A DNA stretch of 55,612 nucleotides, from sequence record SRR31156797_8891, one strand, 5' to 3'. The notes beneath the pieces were generated by a model. It was not told the origin of the DNA, did not search any database, and saw only the letters and a program-made list of their open reading frames with translations. Every line of letters begins with the position of its first letter. Position 1 is the first letter of the stretch. This document shows, piece by piece, positions 9,985-20,747 of this stretch. The translations under genes were made by a program, and so were the position numbers.

Positions 9985-11460
9985 CTATATTACCAGTACA
10001 GCATTTCCGTTCTGCTCCTTAACCTTATACAAAGCCCTGTCAGCTCGTTGGAGAAGTGTATCTAGCCTATCTCCTTCCTTATATTCCGTCAAACCACAGG
10101 AAATGGTAATTTTCTCCCTGGGGTCACCGGGTATTGACCTTCCCGTAGACCAATCTATTGTCTCAACCTCCATTCGTATACGTTCAGCTATGCCTTGGGC
10201 GGCCTGAACATCCGACCCCGCAAGCAATGCAAACTCATCACCTCCCCACCTAGCAAGTGTATCTGTTGGTCGAACCACCTTCTCCATTTCAGATGCGATC
10301 CGTATGAGCACATTGTCACCTTCCATGTGGCCAAGCGTATCGTTTACATCCTTAAATTCGTCAAGATCCATAAGAATGATGCAAAACGGGCTTTCTTTTC
10401 TCGTTTGAAGATAAACCCGCTCATTAAACGCTTTTTCAAGTTTCCGTCTGTTGGCGAGATTGGTCATTTCGTCGGTATCTATCAACTGCTCAAGCCTTCC
10501 TTGATAATAATTCAGTGTCGCAAAGGTAAGTATCAAAATAAATGCAGATGCACAAAAACCGATAGCGATTGACCACAGGAAATTCATCCTGGCTGTATGC
10601 AGCGCCGCCGTTTCGTTTTGCTCAACAAAGAGATACCAATCCAACTCTTCTATGTAACGCACGTTCAAAACAATCTGTTCGCCAGCTCGCCTGTAGGTGT
10701 AATTTTCAAGATCTGGAGAACCGGACAAGATCGTATCGGCATAGCTTGCCAATCCCTCCATCTTCTTGATATTAGCCTTTTCAATCAGGGAAACGTCCTC
10801 GTGAACCATGATAGTTCCAGAGGGGTCGGTGAGATAAACCGTTCGATTGAATTTTTCGTGATAACTGGAAACGAGATCGGCAATATTCATCACTTGTACA
10901 CCAACCCCAGTGACTCCAAGGAGCCGGTCAAGATGATCCACTACCCGGTAGTTGATAAACACTGTTAGGATATTATCGGAGACCTCATCATTGTCTACAT
11001 CAAGGACATATTCTTTACCTGATGATATAAAGTTGTAATACCAGACATCGTGATCATCATTGGCACTGATAACTTTGTGCGTTCCCTTAAAATGATAATA
11101 ATTAGATGTCAAAGAAGAGACGAAAAAAGATGTGAAAAAACCGTACGTCTCGTTAATTTCAAGCAGATATTTCTGTACATTCAATACATCCTGCTCACCG
11201 TCCATGACCCAATCCTTAAGAAAGGTATCCGCTGCCATGGAAGAAGCTACCAGGATAGGGCGGATAAGTTCCGCCGATAAATCTGAATAAATATTGTTCA
11301 TCGTTAGAGGCAGGTCATTCTGGATAATTTCACGATGAACGGCACTCTTGGTTATCCGATAATTCAGGCCGCTGCCGCCAATGAAGGCACAAGCGAGAAT
11401 CAACACAAGTGCTGCGAGCAGTTTATTACGAGGTGTGGTTACCTTCATAAGTTGTTTCAT
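9985..11460 (-). CDS. Membrane sensor diguanylate cyclase (Cache-type sensor + GGDEF)
   Basis: Two TM segments, DLDEFKDVNDTLGHMEGD, RPTD I-site, RWGGDEF, ADRALYKVK. Confidence 0.9.
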   Translation of the reverse strand: MKQLMKVTTPRNKLLAALVLILACAFIGGSGLNYRITKSAVHREIIQNDLPLTMNNIYSDLSAELIRPILVASSMAADTFLKDWVMDGEQDVLNVQKYLLEINETYGFFTSFFVSSLTSNYYHFKGTHKVISANDDHDVWYYNFISSGKEYVLDVDNDEVSDNILTVFINYRVVDHLDRLLGVTGVGVQVMNIADLVSSYHEKFNRTVYLTDPSGTIMVHEDVSLIEKANIKKMEGLASYADTILSGSPDLENYTYRRAGEQIVLNVRYIEELDWYLFVEQNETAALHTARMNFLWSIAIGFCASAFILILTFATLNYYQGRLEQLIDTDEMTNLANRRKLEKAFNERVYLQTRKESPFCIILMDLDEFKDVNDTLGHMEGDNVLIRIASEMEKVVRPTDTLARWGGDEFALLAGSDVQAAQGIAERIRMEVETIDWSTGRSIPGDPREKITISCGLTEYKEGDRLDTLLQRADRALYKVKEQNGNAVLVI

Positions 11461-11936
11461 TTCAGGTAGGCTGTCATTCAGTTCCGTGATATAGCAGAAA
11501 CAAATTTGCAGTGTTGCTGATTTTATTTCCCTTTTTAATTTTACAGGGTCTCAGCTGGTGTGAGTAAAGTCAAGAATTAATCTGAAACAGCATAGGGCGA
11601 TATTTCATTCACACCAACACCCCGACGCTGCCTTTGTTAATCATTTGGCACCTTCACTCATTGAATATAGTAAGATTCAATCCTTACTTGATGTGGAGTA
11701 TTGAGTAGTTGCAAAATTTGATACACAAAATCTAAAAAACAACGATTCGAGCAACTTTGGAAAATACTTGTCGGCGGATTTTGAATCCAGGTGACTGAGG
11801 ATGAAAGCCGCCAGCTGTGGGGGAGACTGAATACCTAATAAGGGCGTTGTTAATATGACCAATGTGAAAAAATCGTTTTTTGAATAACTTCTCACTGTTG
11901 CCTTCTTCCTGCCAACCTTGCAAGATAATGTACGGA

Positions 11937-12869
11937 CTATTCCTTTGAAGTTAAATATGGTGCAAGGCTTGCTGCAATACAATCTACAGATGTAATTTCT
12001 ATTCCTGATTGAATGAGTGAAAAAAAGTAATTTTGATTCTCATTGAATGTTATATAAAAATGTTTTTCGATTAATTGCCTGGCCATTTCTTTTGCAAATC
12101 TACTGTATCTCATTTTTTTAGGTAATAATCGTATCCAGCGTGGGCGTCCTTCGATTGTCCACAAGGCATTTCCCAATAAAGAAGGTGGGGTGTTGGTTTG
12201 GTAGTAATCAGTTAGATTGTTATTTAAACAATAGAGCCAGTACAGAGTGAATTCAGTAAAGGGATTCGTTGAGAGGAGTGTTTGCCAGTTACCTGATTTC
12301 TTATCTAAATATTGTATTAAATCTTCAACAATTGAAGTTACCAGTATTTCTGGCGTTACTCCCATTCTAGGCTTATTTTCCAAAATACTTGATGGGTATC
12401 CCAGTAAATGTAGGCTGTTATCCCACCAGTTACCAAAAAGAAAGTTTGTCTCACAATTCATTAGTATCTTTCCACTTGAAAACAAATCATTATAACCTAA
12501 TGCTTTGGTTAGAAAGCAATCCGTGTCCAGGACCATATAGATATCAGTTTTAACAATCCGGCCAACGGCAAGCTTAAGGATTTGTTGCAAGTACCAACCT
12601 TCAGCCTCCTCTATTGTTTTAGAATCAAGTAAACTGTCTTCAGGGAGGATAACGATGGGGAAAGTCGACTTTATAGTGGAAATTGTGTCTTCTATGCGTT
12701 GTCTTTCATTTGATTTGCAGATGATTATAAGTTCTTTTACTGATTGTGGATCTATGAATACTATTAAACTGGGCAGTAAAATTTTACATATCCTATCTAG
12801 CTCATTATGGAGATGGTGATCATTGATTTTAATAGGAAGAACAAGTGAGAATTGCTTGTCGGTACTCAT
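11937..12869 (-). CDS. DUF6492-like putative glycosyltransferase-fold protein
   Basis: GWYLQQILKL and a DxD motif (VLDTD). Visibly AT-rich compared with its neighbours. Confidence 0.6.
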   Translation of the reverse strand: MSTDKQFSLVLPIKINDHHLHNELDRICKILLPSLIVFIDPQSVKELIIICKSNERQRIEDTISTIKSTFPIVILPEDSLLDSKTIEEAEGWYLQQILKLAVGRIVKTDIYMVLDTDCFLTKALGYNDLFSSGKILMNCETNFLFGNWWDNSLHLLGYPSSILENKPRMGVTPEILVTSIVEDLIQYLDKKSGNWQTLLSTNPFTEFTLYWLYCLNNNLTDYYQTNTPPSLLGNALWTIEGRPRWIRLLPKKMRYSRFAKEMARQLIEKHFYITFNENQNYFFSLIQSGIEITSVDCIAASLAPYLTSKE

Positions 12870-13402
12870 TAGGTTATTCCGTAAGTAATATGCTTGATGT
12901 TATTGTTGGATTTGTTTGGGGTGCTTGCAGGTAGACATGTTAAAGAACATATTTTTCTTCTTCTCGGTAGAGGGGGTTTTTTGTAATACTTTGAAAGGTT
13001 TGGATGATGTTGTGTCGATGCTCTTGCTCTCTTGCTAGTTATTATGTTTTTCGTTGGGAAAGTTATTTTGGATTATATCATCGGTGTCCTTGGACATCAT
13101 TTTGTAGGTGGAGGTAGCCCCGTCAAGAAGGGAGTACTCCATGCCCAGCGATTGAATAAAGAGTATTTGTTCACATTTAGAGGTGGGTTGGGCAGGTGAA
13201 GTGGAATATCTGACGCAATACTGTCGCTATGTGTGAAAAATGACAAGGCATTGGTATGTTGAGTGACTTGAATATTTTTTTTGATGAGATTGTTTTATGT
13301 CATTATCTATGATGTCTTTTGTTCTAAAACGATTCGATACTTTTTTTGATTGTGGTGGGTGTACGAGGTAGTGCTTGTTGTAGTCTCTTTTGGTAGAAAA
13401 GC

Positions 13403-13438
13403 TACTCACTAGCCAGCCGAGCTGCTGGCTAGTGAGTA
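13403..13438 (-). terminator. Rho-independent terminator of the OMP gene
   Basis: Perfect 15-bp stem TACTCACTAGCCAGC / GCTGGCTAGTGAGTA with a 6-nt loop, followed by GCTTTTC on the minus strand, about 20 nt after the stop. Confidence 0.8.
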
Positions 13439-13459
13439 ACAGCTTACAAAGAGTTAGTG

Positions 13460-14050
13460 TTAAAAATTGTATCTAAAACCGGCTACAATGTTATTGGATG
13501 CAAGATCACTTACCTCTACGTCTAAGTCGGCATCGTCCAGTGACATATACTCCCAACCAAGATCCACTGTCATGTTGTCGTTAATGTTGTAGAATACGCC
13601 TGCACCGCCTTTCCAGGCGAAACCACCATCATCATCGTCTACATTGTATACACTCACTGTAGCCTGACCATATCCAAGACCACCGGTAATATAAATACCG
13701 AATCCATCTCTGATGTGGAAATCATAGTAGCCGTTGACCATAAACGTTGTCATGCGTATATCGCCTGAATCAATTACTACTCCGGCATCATTGCCGCCAA
13801 GGCCTGCTGCATCGACGTCTGTCTTTTGGGTGGATAATTCACCTTCTATTCTGAACGCCTCTAATGTGTAACCTACAGCAGCGCCAAATCCATAACCATC
13901 GTCGCTCTTAAGGTTGACATTTTCAATGCTTGGATCAGAGGGCATGACAAATTTACCAATACCTTTAACATACATGCCCTCAGCGGCAAAACAGGCTGTT
14001 CCCGTTAATATCACCCCAGAAGCAACTATTACGGCCAAAAGATTTTTCAT
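13460..14050 (-). CDS. Small outer-membrane beta-barrel protein (OmpA-like/opacity family)
   Basis: Signal peptide, amphipathic strands (FRIEGE, MVNGYYDF, YITGGLG) and C-terminal GFRYNF Bam signal. Confidence 0.85.
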   Translation of the reverse strand: MKNLLAVIVASGVILTGTACFAAEGMYVKGIGKFVMPSDPSIENVNLKSDDGYGFGAAVGYTLEAFRIEGELSTQKTDVDAAGLGGNDAGVVIDSGDIRMTTFMVNGYYDFHIRDGFGIYITGGLGYGQATVSVYNVDDDDGGFAWKGGAGVFYNINDNMTVDLGWEYMSLDDADLDVEVSDLASNNIVAGFRYNF

Positions 14051-14110
14051 TTCATCTCTCCTGTCAATTTAGTGTCAAAGATTCATCTATTAAAACAGTG
14101 TAATTTTTTA

Positions 14111-14126
14111 TGCAATAAATATACCG
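14111..14126 (-). promoter_or_regulatory. Putative sigma54 promoter of the OMP gene
   Basis: Minus strand CGGTATATTTATTGCA = GG-N10-GC, 60 nt upstream of the ATG. Confidence 0.45.
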
Positions 14127-14450
14127 AGTGCCAGTTTCGGTTTTGTATCTTTGTATGTCGTTGGAATTAAAGGAAATGTAGGTGTGGTGTGGGGGCGCAC
14201 TTTTGGCAGATTGTCAATATGTTGGCTAAACATGTTGCGGAGTCAAATTTTACTCAATATGGACTTACTTCGAGGCGTGGAAGAATGGAAAACAGTTGTA
14301 ACCTGTTAAAGAGATGGAGTGTAGTTTTCCGGTTTATTCATGTCCCAAATGCTCTGTCTTCTTTAACTGTATTTATGTGCAAAAATGAAATTTGGAGGAC
14401 CTGTTTCAAAAGAATGATCCGTTCAGAAACATCCAGTATAGCTTTCAGCT

Positions 14451-15791
14451 TTATCCGACTTTGTCCGCTGTTATGTAGTGCTGCCTGTACCTAAAAAGCA
14501 GATAAAGTGAGAGCCCCATAGCTGTTGCCTCAGCCAGTGGTACAGATAGCCATACACCGTTTAAGTCAAAGGCAAGCGGGAGGATGGCAACGAACCCAAG
14601 GGTGAGAACGATACTGTTGGAAAAAGACACCAGGGCAGACAGTCTTCCGTTGTCCATTGCGGTAAAAAAACCGGAAGTCAGAATATTGGTACCATTAACC
14701 AGAAAAGTGAATGCAAAAATCAGGATCCCGCCTTGGGTCAGTGCGGTAAGCGCAGGGTCTCCAGTGAACATCCGTATAATGTTATCTGCCAAAACAACGG
14801 AAAGAAAATAGGCGCAGGCGGATGCTATCAGCGCTATACAAGCAGTGTATAGTAAAATTTCCCTAATTTTTTTAAAATTCCTCTCCCCGAAACTAAAACT
14901 GAGCACAGGCGACACGCCCATGCTTAGCCCTATGTGTAGAGAGGAGAATATGTAATACAGATGCATGAGAATGGCCATGGCGGCCACCCCGTGTTCTTTT
15001 GCGTATTTGAGCAGTACGAGATTGAATACAAAAATTTTAATACCAGAAGAAAGTTCGGTGACCATTTCCGATGATCCGTTGATCATGCATCTTTTAATGA
15101 AATGGGCATCAATTACCGTTTTGCCCAACTTCAGGGTAGCGGCTTTGAACAGAAAGTAATACAGACCAGTGGACACAGCGGCGGCTGTCCCAAGGGATGA
15201 GGCGATGCCGGCTCCGGCAATACCCATGTCCAGCTTGACTATCAATATATAATCCAATAGGAGGTTCGTGATGCCGCCGATAATGCTGCTGTACATTGCC
15301 CACAGCGGTTTACCGTCCAGGCGCATGAAGTACTCGAAAAAAACCTGGAGAAGTACCCCCATGATCCCATAAATAAAAACCCGCAGATACGCAACACAGT
15401 AAGGGAGTAAGCTTTCTGAAGCGCCTAAAACTTCTGCAATGTTGCTCCCCCCGACGATATGGAAAGTAATAAAAATGAGTCCCATAACGATGAGTAGAAA
15501 CCAGAAAACCTGAGAAAAATGCGCGTTGGCGTTCTGTTTTTGCCCCTTTCCAAGTTCAATTCCGACAATGGCACTTCCACCGGCGGCCATCATTATTCCT
15601 ACCCCGAAACAAAGGCCGAAAAAGGGCATGAGGATGTTCACTGCCGCTAGCCCCAACGGTCCGACAAATCTGGAAATGAAAACCGCGTCCACCACCACGT
15701 ATAACGTAATGGTCATCATGCTGAGTACGGAGGGGAGAACAAACTTTAGGTATTCCAGGACGGTCCACTTTTTTTGGAATAAATTTTTCAT
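14451..15791 (-). CDS. MATE-family efflux transporter
   Basis: From MKNLFQKK (ATG 15791): about 12 TM segments with LYVVVDAVFISRFVG, NLLLDY and MGIAGAGIAS. The 80-aa extension in the ORF track looks spurious. Confidence 0.88.
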   Translation of the reverse strand: MKNLFQKKWTVLEYLKFVLPSVLSMMTITLYVVVDAVFISRFVGPLGLAAVNILMPFFGLCFGVGIMMAAGGSAIVGIELGKGQKQNANAHFSQVFWFLLIVMGLIFITFHIVGGSNIAEVLGASESLLPYCVAYLRVFIYGIMGVLLQVFFEYFMRLDGKPLWAMYSSIIGGITNLLLDYILIVKLDMGIAGAGIASSLGTAAAVSTGLYYFLFKAATLKLGKTVIDAHFIKRCMINGSSEMVTELSSGIKIFVFNLVLLKYAKEHGVAAMAILMHLYYIFSSLHIGLSMGVSPVLSFSFGERNFKKIREILLYTACIALIASACAYFLSVVLADNIIRMFTGDPALTALTQGGILIFAFTFLVNGTNILTSGFFTAMDNGRLSALVSFSNSIVLTLGFVAILPLAFDLNGVWLSVPLAEATAMGLSLYLLFRYRQHYITADKVG

Positions 15792-15935
15792 TGGGAGAAG
15801 ATTAAACGTGGTGATTAGGCAGCGAGAGAGTCTATAGGTAGTTACGACTATAAAAAAGTGTTGAAAAGAGTCGCCAGTAAGACCCTTAAAGTAGCTGGTT
15901 AAATGCGTGGTGCCTTTGCCCCGGAAGTAATCTCT

Positions 15936-16384
15936 CCTGCAAAAGAGAAGTAAATCCAAAATGGAGGCCTTTTGCGCCGCAAGAGTATCAAGCCCATTGT
16001 GCGAAAACAACTGAAAACTTAAAACCAACACTGGAGCTAAGCGTAGACTTTGGTCGCCTCAATCGAAAGACCGAAAAGGAGGTTACTTGGAAGGTATTTG
16101 AAGAATATGGAGCCGATTAGGATGTCAACCAAGAGGTGGCCGCTCTTTAAGAAGAGCTGCTTGGCATAGAGCAAGAGGTACAATTCAAAGGAATCGTCAA
16201 TCTCGAAGAAATGGCTGAGATTGTTGATGTGGTAGATAGGGATAAGCTAGTAAAGCTCTATGACGATTACAAGCGTTCTGCAAGCTGTAGAGGTGGTCCG
16301 TCCGGTTCGTTTGAACAGCTCTCTGTTTGTTTTAAGTGTTTTGGCTCAGCTCTGAACCGACAGCTGCCAGATAAAAATAGGTAA
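15936..16384 (+). pseudogene. Possible decayed gene of unknown family
   Basis: One frame reads as protein-like (GNN-rich codons) across two in-frame stops, TAG 16118 and TAA 16148. Confidence 0.3.
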
Positions 16385-16413
16385 CTGTCAGGTCACGTCT
16401 GAGCGATTACAAA

Positions 16414-17028
16414 TTATTCAACAAACAACCCTTCTCGAACAATAAATTTCTTGACTGCCTCAACTCCTGTCTCTGAGCGCATATTACTAAATATAAACGG
16501 TCTGTCTCCTCGCATTTTTCGAGAGTCTCGCTCCATTACCTCAAGTGAAGCTCCTACCATGGGTGCAAGGTCAATTTTGTTTATTACCAGGAGGTCTGAT
16601 CGAGTAATGCCAGGGCCTCCCTTTCTGGGTATTTTATCTCCCCCGGAAACATCAATTACATAAATCATCAAGTCGGCGAGTTCAGGGCTGAAAGTCGCGC
16701 TGAGGTTATCGCCACCAGATTCTATGAATACAATATCAAGGTCGGGAAATTGAGCAGATAAGTCTTCCACCGCTGCCAGGTTCATGGAGGCGTCTTCGCG
16801 TATGGCTGTATGGGGACACCCGCCAGTTTCAACTCCCACTATTCTGCCGGGTTCAAGGGCCTTGCTGTTGGTCAGGAATTTCGCATCTTCCTGGGTGTAG
16901 ATGTCGTTGGTGACTACGGCCAGCGAAAATTCGTCTCTCATGTTTTTGCACAGCGCATCTAGGAGTGCTGTCTTGCCGGAACCGACCGGGCCGCCGACTC
17001 CGATTCTAACCGGTTCTTTTGTCTTCAT
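16414..17028 (-). CDS. ureG: Urease accessory GTPase UreG
   Basis: [31 protein letters not shown]. Confidence 0.97.
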   Translation of the reverse strand: MKTKEPVRIGVGGPVGSGKTALLDALCKNMRDEFSLAVVTNDIYTQEDAKFLTNSKALEPGRIVGVETGGCPHTAIREDASMNLAAVEDLSAQFPDLDIVFIESGGDNLSATFSPELADLMIYVIDVSGGDKIPRKGGPGITRSDLLVINKIDLAPMVGASLEVMERDSRKMRGDRPFIFSNMRSETGVEAVKKFIVREGLFVE

Positions 17029-17083
17029 TGTATATTTTTCCTTTATAATTGATGGGCTCGAACAGTGGCCGACGCCATCATTG

Positions 17084-17761
17084 TTATGACCTGAACAATC
17101 GTGTGTATTGGGTTTCGTGAAGGCAGGAACCGATGGAAAACACCGGGCATGAGCCTGCTATTTCTTCATCATTTTTTGCTAAACCTGCTTTAACCACCTC
17201 GGGGGTATGGGTGCTGATATAATGGAGTGCCTGTTGACCAGAGGTCTGTCCAAGCGGGATGAGCTTGACTGCCGCCATCACCATGTTCTCAAGCCAGCTC
17301 CATGTGTAGCCAAGAGCCGCGTTTTTCAGGTTGATCTCCCACTTCAATGCTGCAAGGGCAAATCCGGCTAGCTGGCATTGCCGGATTGCATCAAGCCACT
17401 GTGTATCAACTGTGTGGTCAAGCTGTTGTAAAATCTTTGCCATAGCCCTGCCTCGATTCATTTCTTCAAGTCGTAATTCTTTTGTTTCCCGAGAAGCCAG
17501 TGCGAATTCACTCCAATGGAGAAAAGTGACTAGATCCTGCTCCTGGCAAGCTGTGTAAAGTCTTTTCAGTAAGGGGAGCTCCAGTTCGACGAATCCGGAG
17601 TGGAGGATCGATTGAAGCCAGTCGATCAGAGTCTGGCGATCATGTACCCAATTGCATTCAACCGCCCATTCAAGACCTTGGGAATAGGTGAACCCTCCTG
17701 TAGGCAGCGAAGGGCTTACCAGTTGCAGTAATCGAAAGAGCGGCAGTGTTTCAGTGGGCAT
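17084..17761 (-). CDS. ureF: Urease accessory protein UreF
   Basis: [40 protein letters not shown] 17761 overlaps the end of ureE. Confidence 0.95.
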   Translation of the reverse strand: MPTETLPLFRLLQLVSPSLPTGGFTYSQGLEWAVECNWVHDRQTLIDWLQSILHSGFVELELPLLKRLYTACQEQDLVTFLHWSEFALASRETKELRLEEMNRGRAMAKILQQLDHTVDTQWLDAIRQCQLAGFALAALKWEINLKNAALGYTWSWLENMVMAAVKLIPLGQTSGQQALHYISTHTPEVVKAGLAKNDEEIAGSCPVFSIGSCLHETQYTRLFRS

Positions 17762-18203
17762 GGTGATGTCCTGTTGAGGATCCCCCGTATGCTCCTGGTT
17801 CCGGGTCAAAGGGAACGGTGATTTGGTTTACTTCGAGGCCGAGGCCACGGAGCATATCGTCAAGTACATGGTCGTGCAGGTAACAGAGTCGTTTGGCCTC
17901 AATCTGGAGCGGCATATGCCGATTGCCGAGATGGTAGCACGCTTTGGCAATAAGCAAAGGATCGTTGCATTCGACTACGGAAAGCAACTCGTCTGCTGCG
18001 CGTATCTGGACAATGGTCTGGTCAGCTGAAAGCAACAGGTCGTTATTGTGGAGAACTGTCCCCCTTTTTAAAAGAAGCGCTGCGTCTTGGCCGTTGTCAA
18101 GCCTCACTCGTTGTCTGCTTTTTTGTCTCAGGTCCAGGGGGAGGGTGAGGGTGGTAACCGGCTTCACTCCACAATCCGTTATTTTTTCAATGAATTCTAT
18201 CAT
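17751..18203 (-). CDS. ureE: Urease nickel chaperone UreE
   Basis: RQKSRQR, CYHLGNRH, DHVLDDML, FDPEPGAY and a short GHHHAH tail. Start at MIEFIEK. Confidence 0.93.
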   Translation of the reverse strand: MIEFIEKITDCGVKPVTTLTLPLDLRQKSRQRVRLDNGQDAALLLKRGTVLHNNDLLLSADQTIVQIRAADELLSVVECNDPLLIAKACYHLGNRHMPLQIEAKRLCYLHDHVLDDMLRGLGLEVNQITVPFDPEPGAYGGSSTGHHHAH

Positions 18204-18220
18204 GATAAGTTTGTGTGTGG

Positions 18221-19924
18221 TTAAAACAGAAAATATCGTTGTGCCAACGGTAAGACTACAGCAGGTTCGCATACAAGTAACTGACCGTCAGCCCTGACCT
18301 CGTATGTCTGCGGATCAACGTCTATGGTCGGCTGGTAGTTGTTGTGGATCATGTCTTTTTTGGTCACAGACCTGCATCCTTTGCTATAGCTGAGCTGGCT
18401 TTGCAGCTGTAGTTTGTCTCCGATTCCCTGGTCGTAAGCTGCTTTGGATACAAAGGTGAGGGTTGTTGCGTATCTGCTGCCGCCGAGGGCGCCGAACATG
18501 GAGCGATAGTGAACCGGTTGCGGGGTAGGAATTGATGCATTGGGGTCGCCCATCGGGGCAGCTGCAATCATGCCGCCTTTGATGATCAGCTCGGGCTTGG
18601 CGCCGAAGAATTGAGGCTTCCAGAGCACCAGGTCGGCTAGCTTGCCCACTTCGACTGATCCAACTTCATGGGCAATGCCGTGGGCAACGGCAGGGTTGAT
18701 TGTGTATTTGGCAATATAACGCCTTATCCGCATATTGTCGTTTTCGCCGGTGTCCTCGGCTAGGCTGCCCCGCTGCACCTTCATCTTGTGGGCTGTCTGC
18801 CAGGTTCTGCAGATAACCTCACCAACACGGCCCATGGCCTGTGAGTCGGAAGCAATCATGGAAAATGCACCCAGGTCGTGAAGGATATCTTCAGCTGCTA
18901 TGGTCTCTCTGCGAATCCGTGATTCAGCAAAGGCGACATCCTCAGCAATTTTTGGATCGAGATGGTGGCAGACCATGAGCATGTCAAGGTGTTCCGCGAC
19001 TGTGTTAACCGTGTACGGCCTGGTGGGGTTGGTAGACGAGGGAAGTACATTTGAAAGACCGCACGCCTTGATGATATCAGGAGCATGTCCACCGCCAGCA
19101 CCTTCGGTATGGTAGGTGTGGATTGTCCGACCCTTAAATGCTTCAATGGTATTTTCGACAAAACCGGATTCATTTAAAGTATCTGTGTGGATGGCTACCT
19201 GCACGTCATGGTCTTCGGCAACTCTTAAGCATGCGTCAATGGCAGCCGGAGTGGTTCCCCAGTCTTCGTGTAGTTTCAGTCCCATTGCTCCAGCGAGGAT
19301 TTGTTCGTCCAGTGCAGGAGTGAGGCTGGCGTTACCCTTGCCGAGGTAACCAAGGTTCATCGGCAGTTCATCGGAGGACTGGAGCATGCGATGAATGTTC
19401 CAGGGCCCTGGGGTGCAGGTGGTAGCGTTGGTTCCCGTTGCCGGTCCTGTCCCGCCGCCGAGCATGGTGGTGATGCCCGACATTAGTGCTTCTTCAATCT
19501 GCTGGGGGCATATGAAGTGAATGTGGGAATCCACTCCACCAGCGGTTATAATGGATCCCTCGCCAGCAATGGCTTCGGTTCCTGGGCCAACCAGGATATC
19601 GACTCCCGGTTGAACATCGGGGTTGCCAGCCTTGCCAATGGCGGTAATCCGACCATTCTTAATACCGATATCAGCCTTTATTATGCCGGTATGGTCAATA
19701 ATCAGAGCGTTGGTGATGACGACATCAACAACCTTTTCCTGCACATCCTGGCATTGTCCCATGCCGTCCCGGATTACCTTGCCGCCGCCGAATTTTACTT
19801 CCTCGCCGTAAATGGTATGATCCTTTTCCACTTGGGCAAACAGCTCGGTATCGCCAAGACGGACCCGGTCACCAGTGGTAGGGCCAAACATTTCAGCGTA
19901 TGCCTTTTTCGAAATAGTCACCAC
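18221..19924 (-). CDS. ureC: Urease subunit alpha
   Basis: [52 protein letters not shown]; all Ni ligands present. Confidence 0.98.
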   Translation of the reverse strand: MVTISKKAYAEMFGPTTGDRVRLGDTELFAQVEKDHTIYGEEVKFGGGKVIRDGMGQCQDVQEKVVDVVITNALIIDHTGIIKADIGIKNGRITAIGKAGNPDVQPGVDILVGPGTEAIAGEGSIITAGGVDSHIHFICPQQIEEALMSGITTMLGGGTGPATGTNATTCTPGPWNIHRMLQSSDELPMNLGYLGKGNASLTPALDEQILAGAMGLKLHEDWGTTPAAIDACLRVAEDHDVQVAIHTDTLNESGFVENTIEAFKGRTIHTYHTEGAGGGHAPDIIKACGLSNVLPSSTNPTRPYTVNTVAEHLDMLMVCHHLDPKIAEDVAFAESRIRRETIAAEDILHDLGAFSMIASDSQAMGRVGEVICRTWQTAHKMKVQRGSLAEDTGENDNMRIRRYIAKYTINPAVAHGIAHEVGSVEVGKLADLVLWKPQFFGAKPELIIKGGMIAAAPMGDPNASIPTPQPVHYRSMFGALGGSRYATTLTFVSKAAYDQGIGDKLQLQSQLSYSKGCRSVTKKDMIHNNYQPTIDVDPQTYEVRADGQLLVCEPAVVLPLAQRYFLF

Positions 19925-19927
19925 AGC

Positions 19928-20239
19928 TTAATCCTCCAATGGACCCATGATTTTTGCGTTAAAGCCGTACACTTTTCTTTCTCCGGCATAAGCGACAAGC
20001 TCGACGTTTCTTTCCTGGCCCGGCTCAAAGCGGACTGCGGTTCCAGCAGGGATGTTTAGTCTGCATCCTCTTGCCTGTTCGCGTTGAAAATCAAGCGCTT
20101 CGTTGACCTCAAAAAAATGAAAATGTGAACCGACCTGAATAGGCCTGTCGCCGACATTGGAAACCCTTAGGCGTTTCGTTTCCCGGCCGGCGTTTAATTC
20201 AATTTCCCCTTCTTTGCAGATGATTTCTCCAGGTATCAT
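19928..20239 (-). CDS. ureB: Urease subunit beta
   Basis: [32 protein letters not shown]. Confidence 0.97.
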   Translation of the reverse strand: MIPGEIICKEGEIELNAGRETKRLRVSNVGDRPIQVGSHFHFFEVNEALDFQREQARGCRLNIPAGTAVRFEPGQERNVELVAYAGERKVYGFNAKIMGPLED

Positions 20240-20312
20240 CAATCTTTCCCCTGTCTATAAATAGATATTGTTCTTAGGAGGTTGCCCGAAAATAACAATT
20301 TTGGATAGGCTC

Positions 20313-20615
20313 CTAGACTATTGGATTGTGTACCGTAACCAGCTTTGTCCCGTCAGGAAAGGTCGCCTCGACCTGTACATCGCCAATCATGTCTGCAACT
20401 CCTTCCATTACCTGTTCGCTGGTCAGGATTTCTCGGCCCTCATGCATTAGCTCCTCAACAGTCTTGCCGTCTCTTGCACCTTCAAGTATGGCAGCACTTA
20501 TCAGGGCGATTGCCTCTGGGTGATTGAGTTTCACTCCCCTTGCCAGCCTTCTCTCCGCGAGCAGGGCTGCGGTAAATAACAGAAGTTTGTCTTTTTCTCT
20601 TGGTGTTAGGTGCAT
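20313..20615 (-). CDS. ureA: Urease subunit gamma
   Basis: [30 protein letters not shown]. Confidence 0.98.
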   Translation of the reverse strand: MHLTPREKDKLLLFTAALLAERRLARGVKLNHPEAIALISAAILEGARDGKTVEELMHEGREILTSEQVMEGVADMIGDVQVEATFPDGTKLVTVHNPIV

Positions 20616-20747
20616 CGTTTATTTCTCTCCATTATTTCGTTGCGTGAACAAAGAGGGTCTTGTCTCTTTGATACGATTAGAACGTTGTGGTAACTATCCA
20701 GAAAATAATAAATAACCCAGTCTTGCCTTGATCTGTAACTGCCCAGG

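Noticed and set aside
11677-11982. 101-aa and 63-aa ORFs downstream of the DUF6492-like gene
   Set aside because: No recognisable motifs or RBS; the longer one overlaps the upstream gene.
15792-16031. 80-aa N-terminal extension of the MATE ORF
   Set aside because: Not MATE-like; ATG 15791 gives a normal 446-aa protein.
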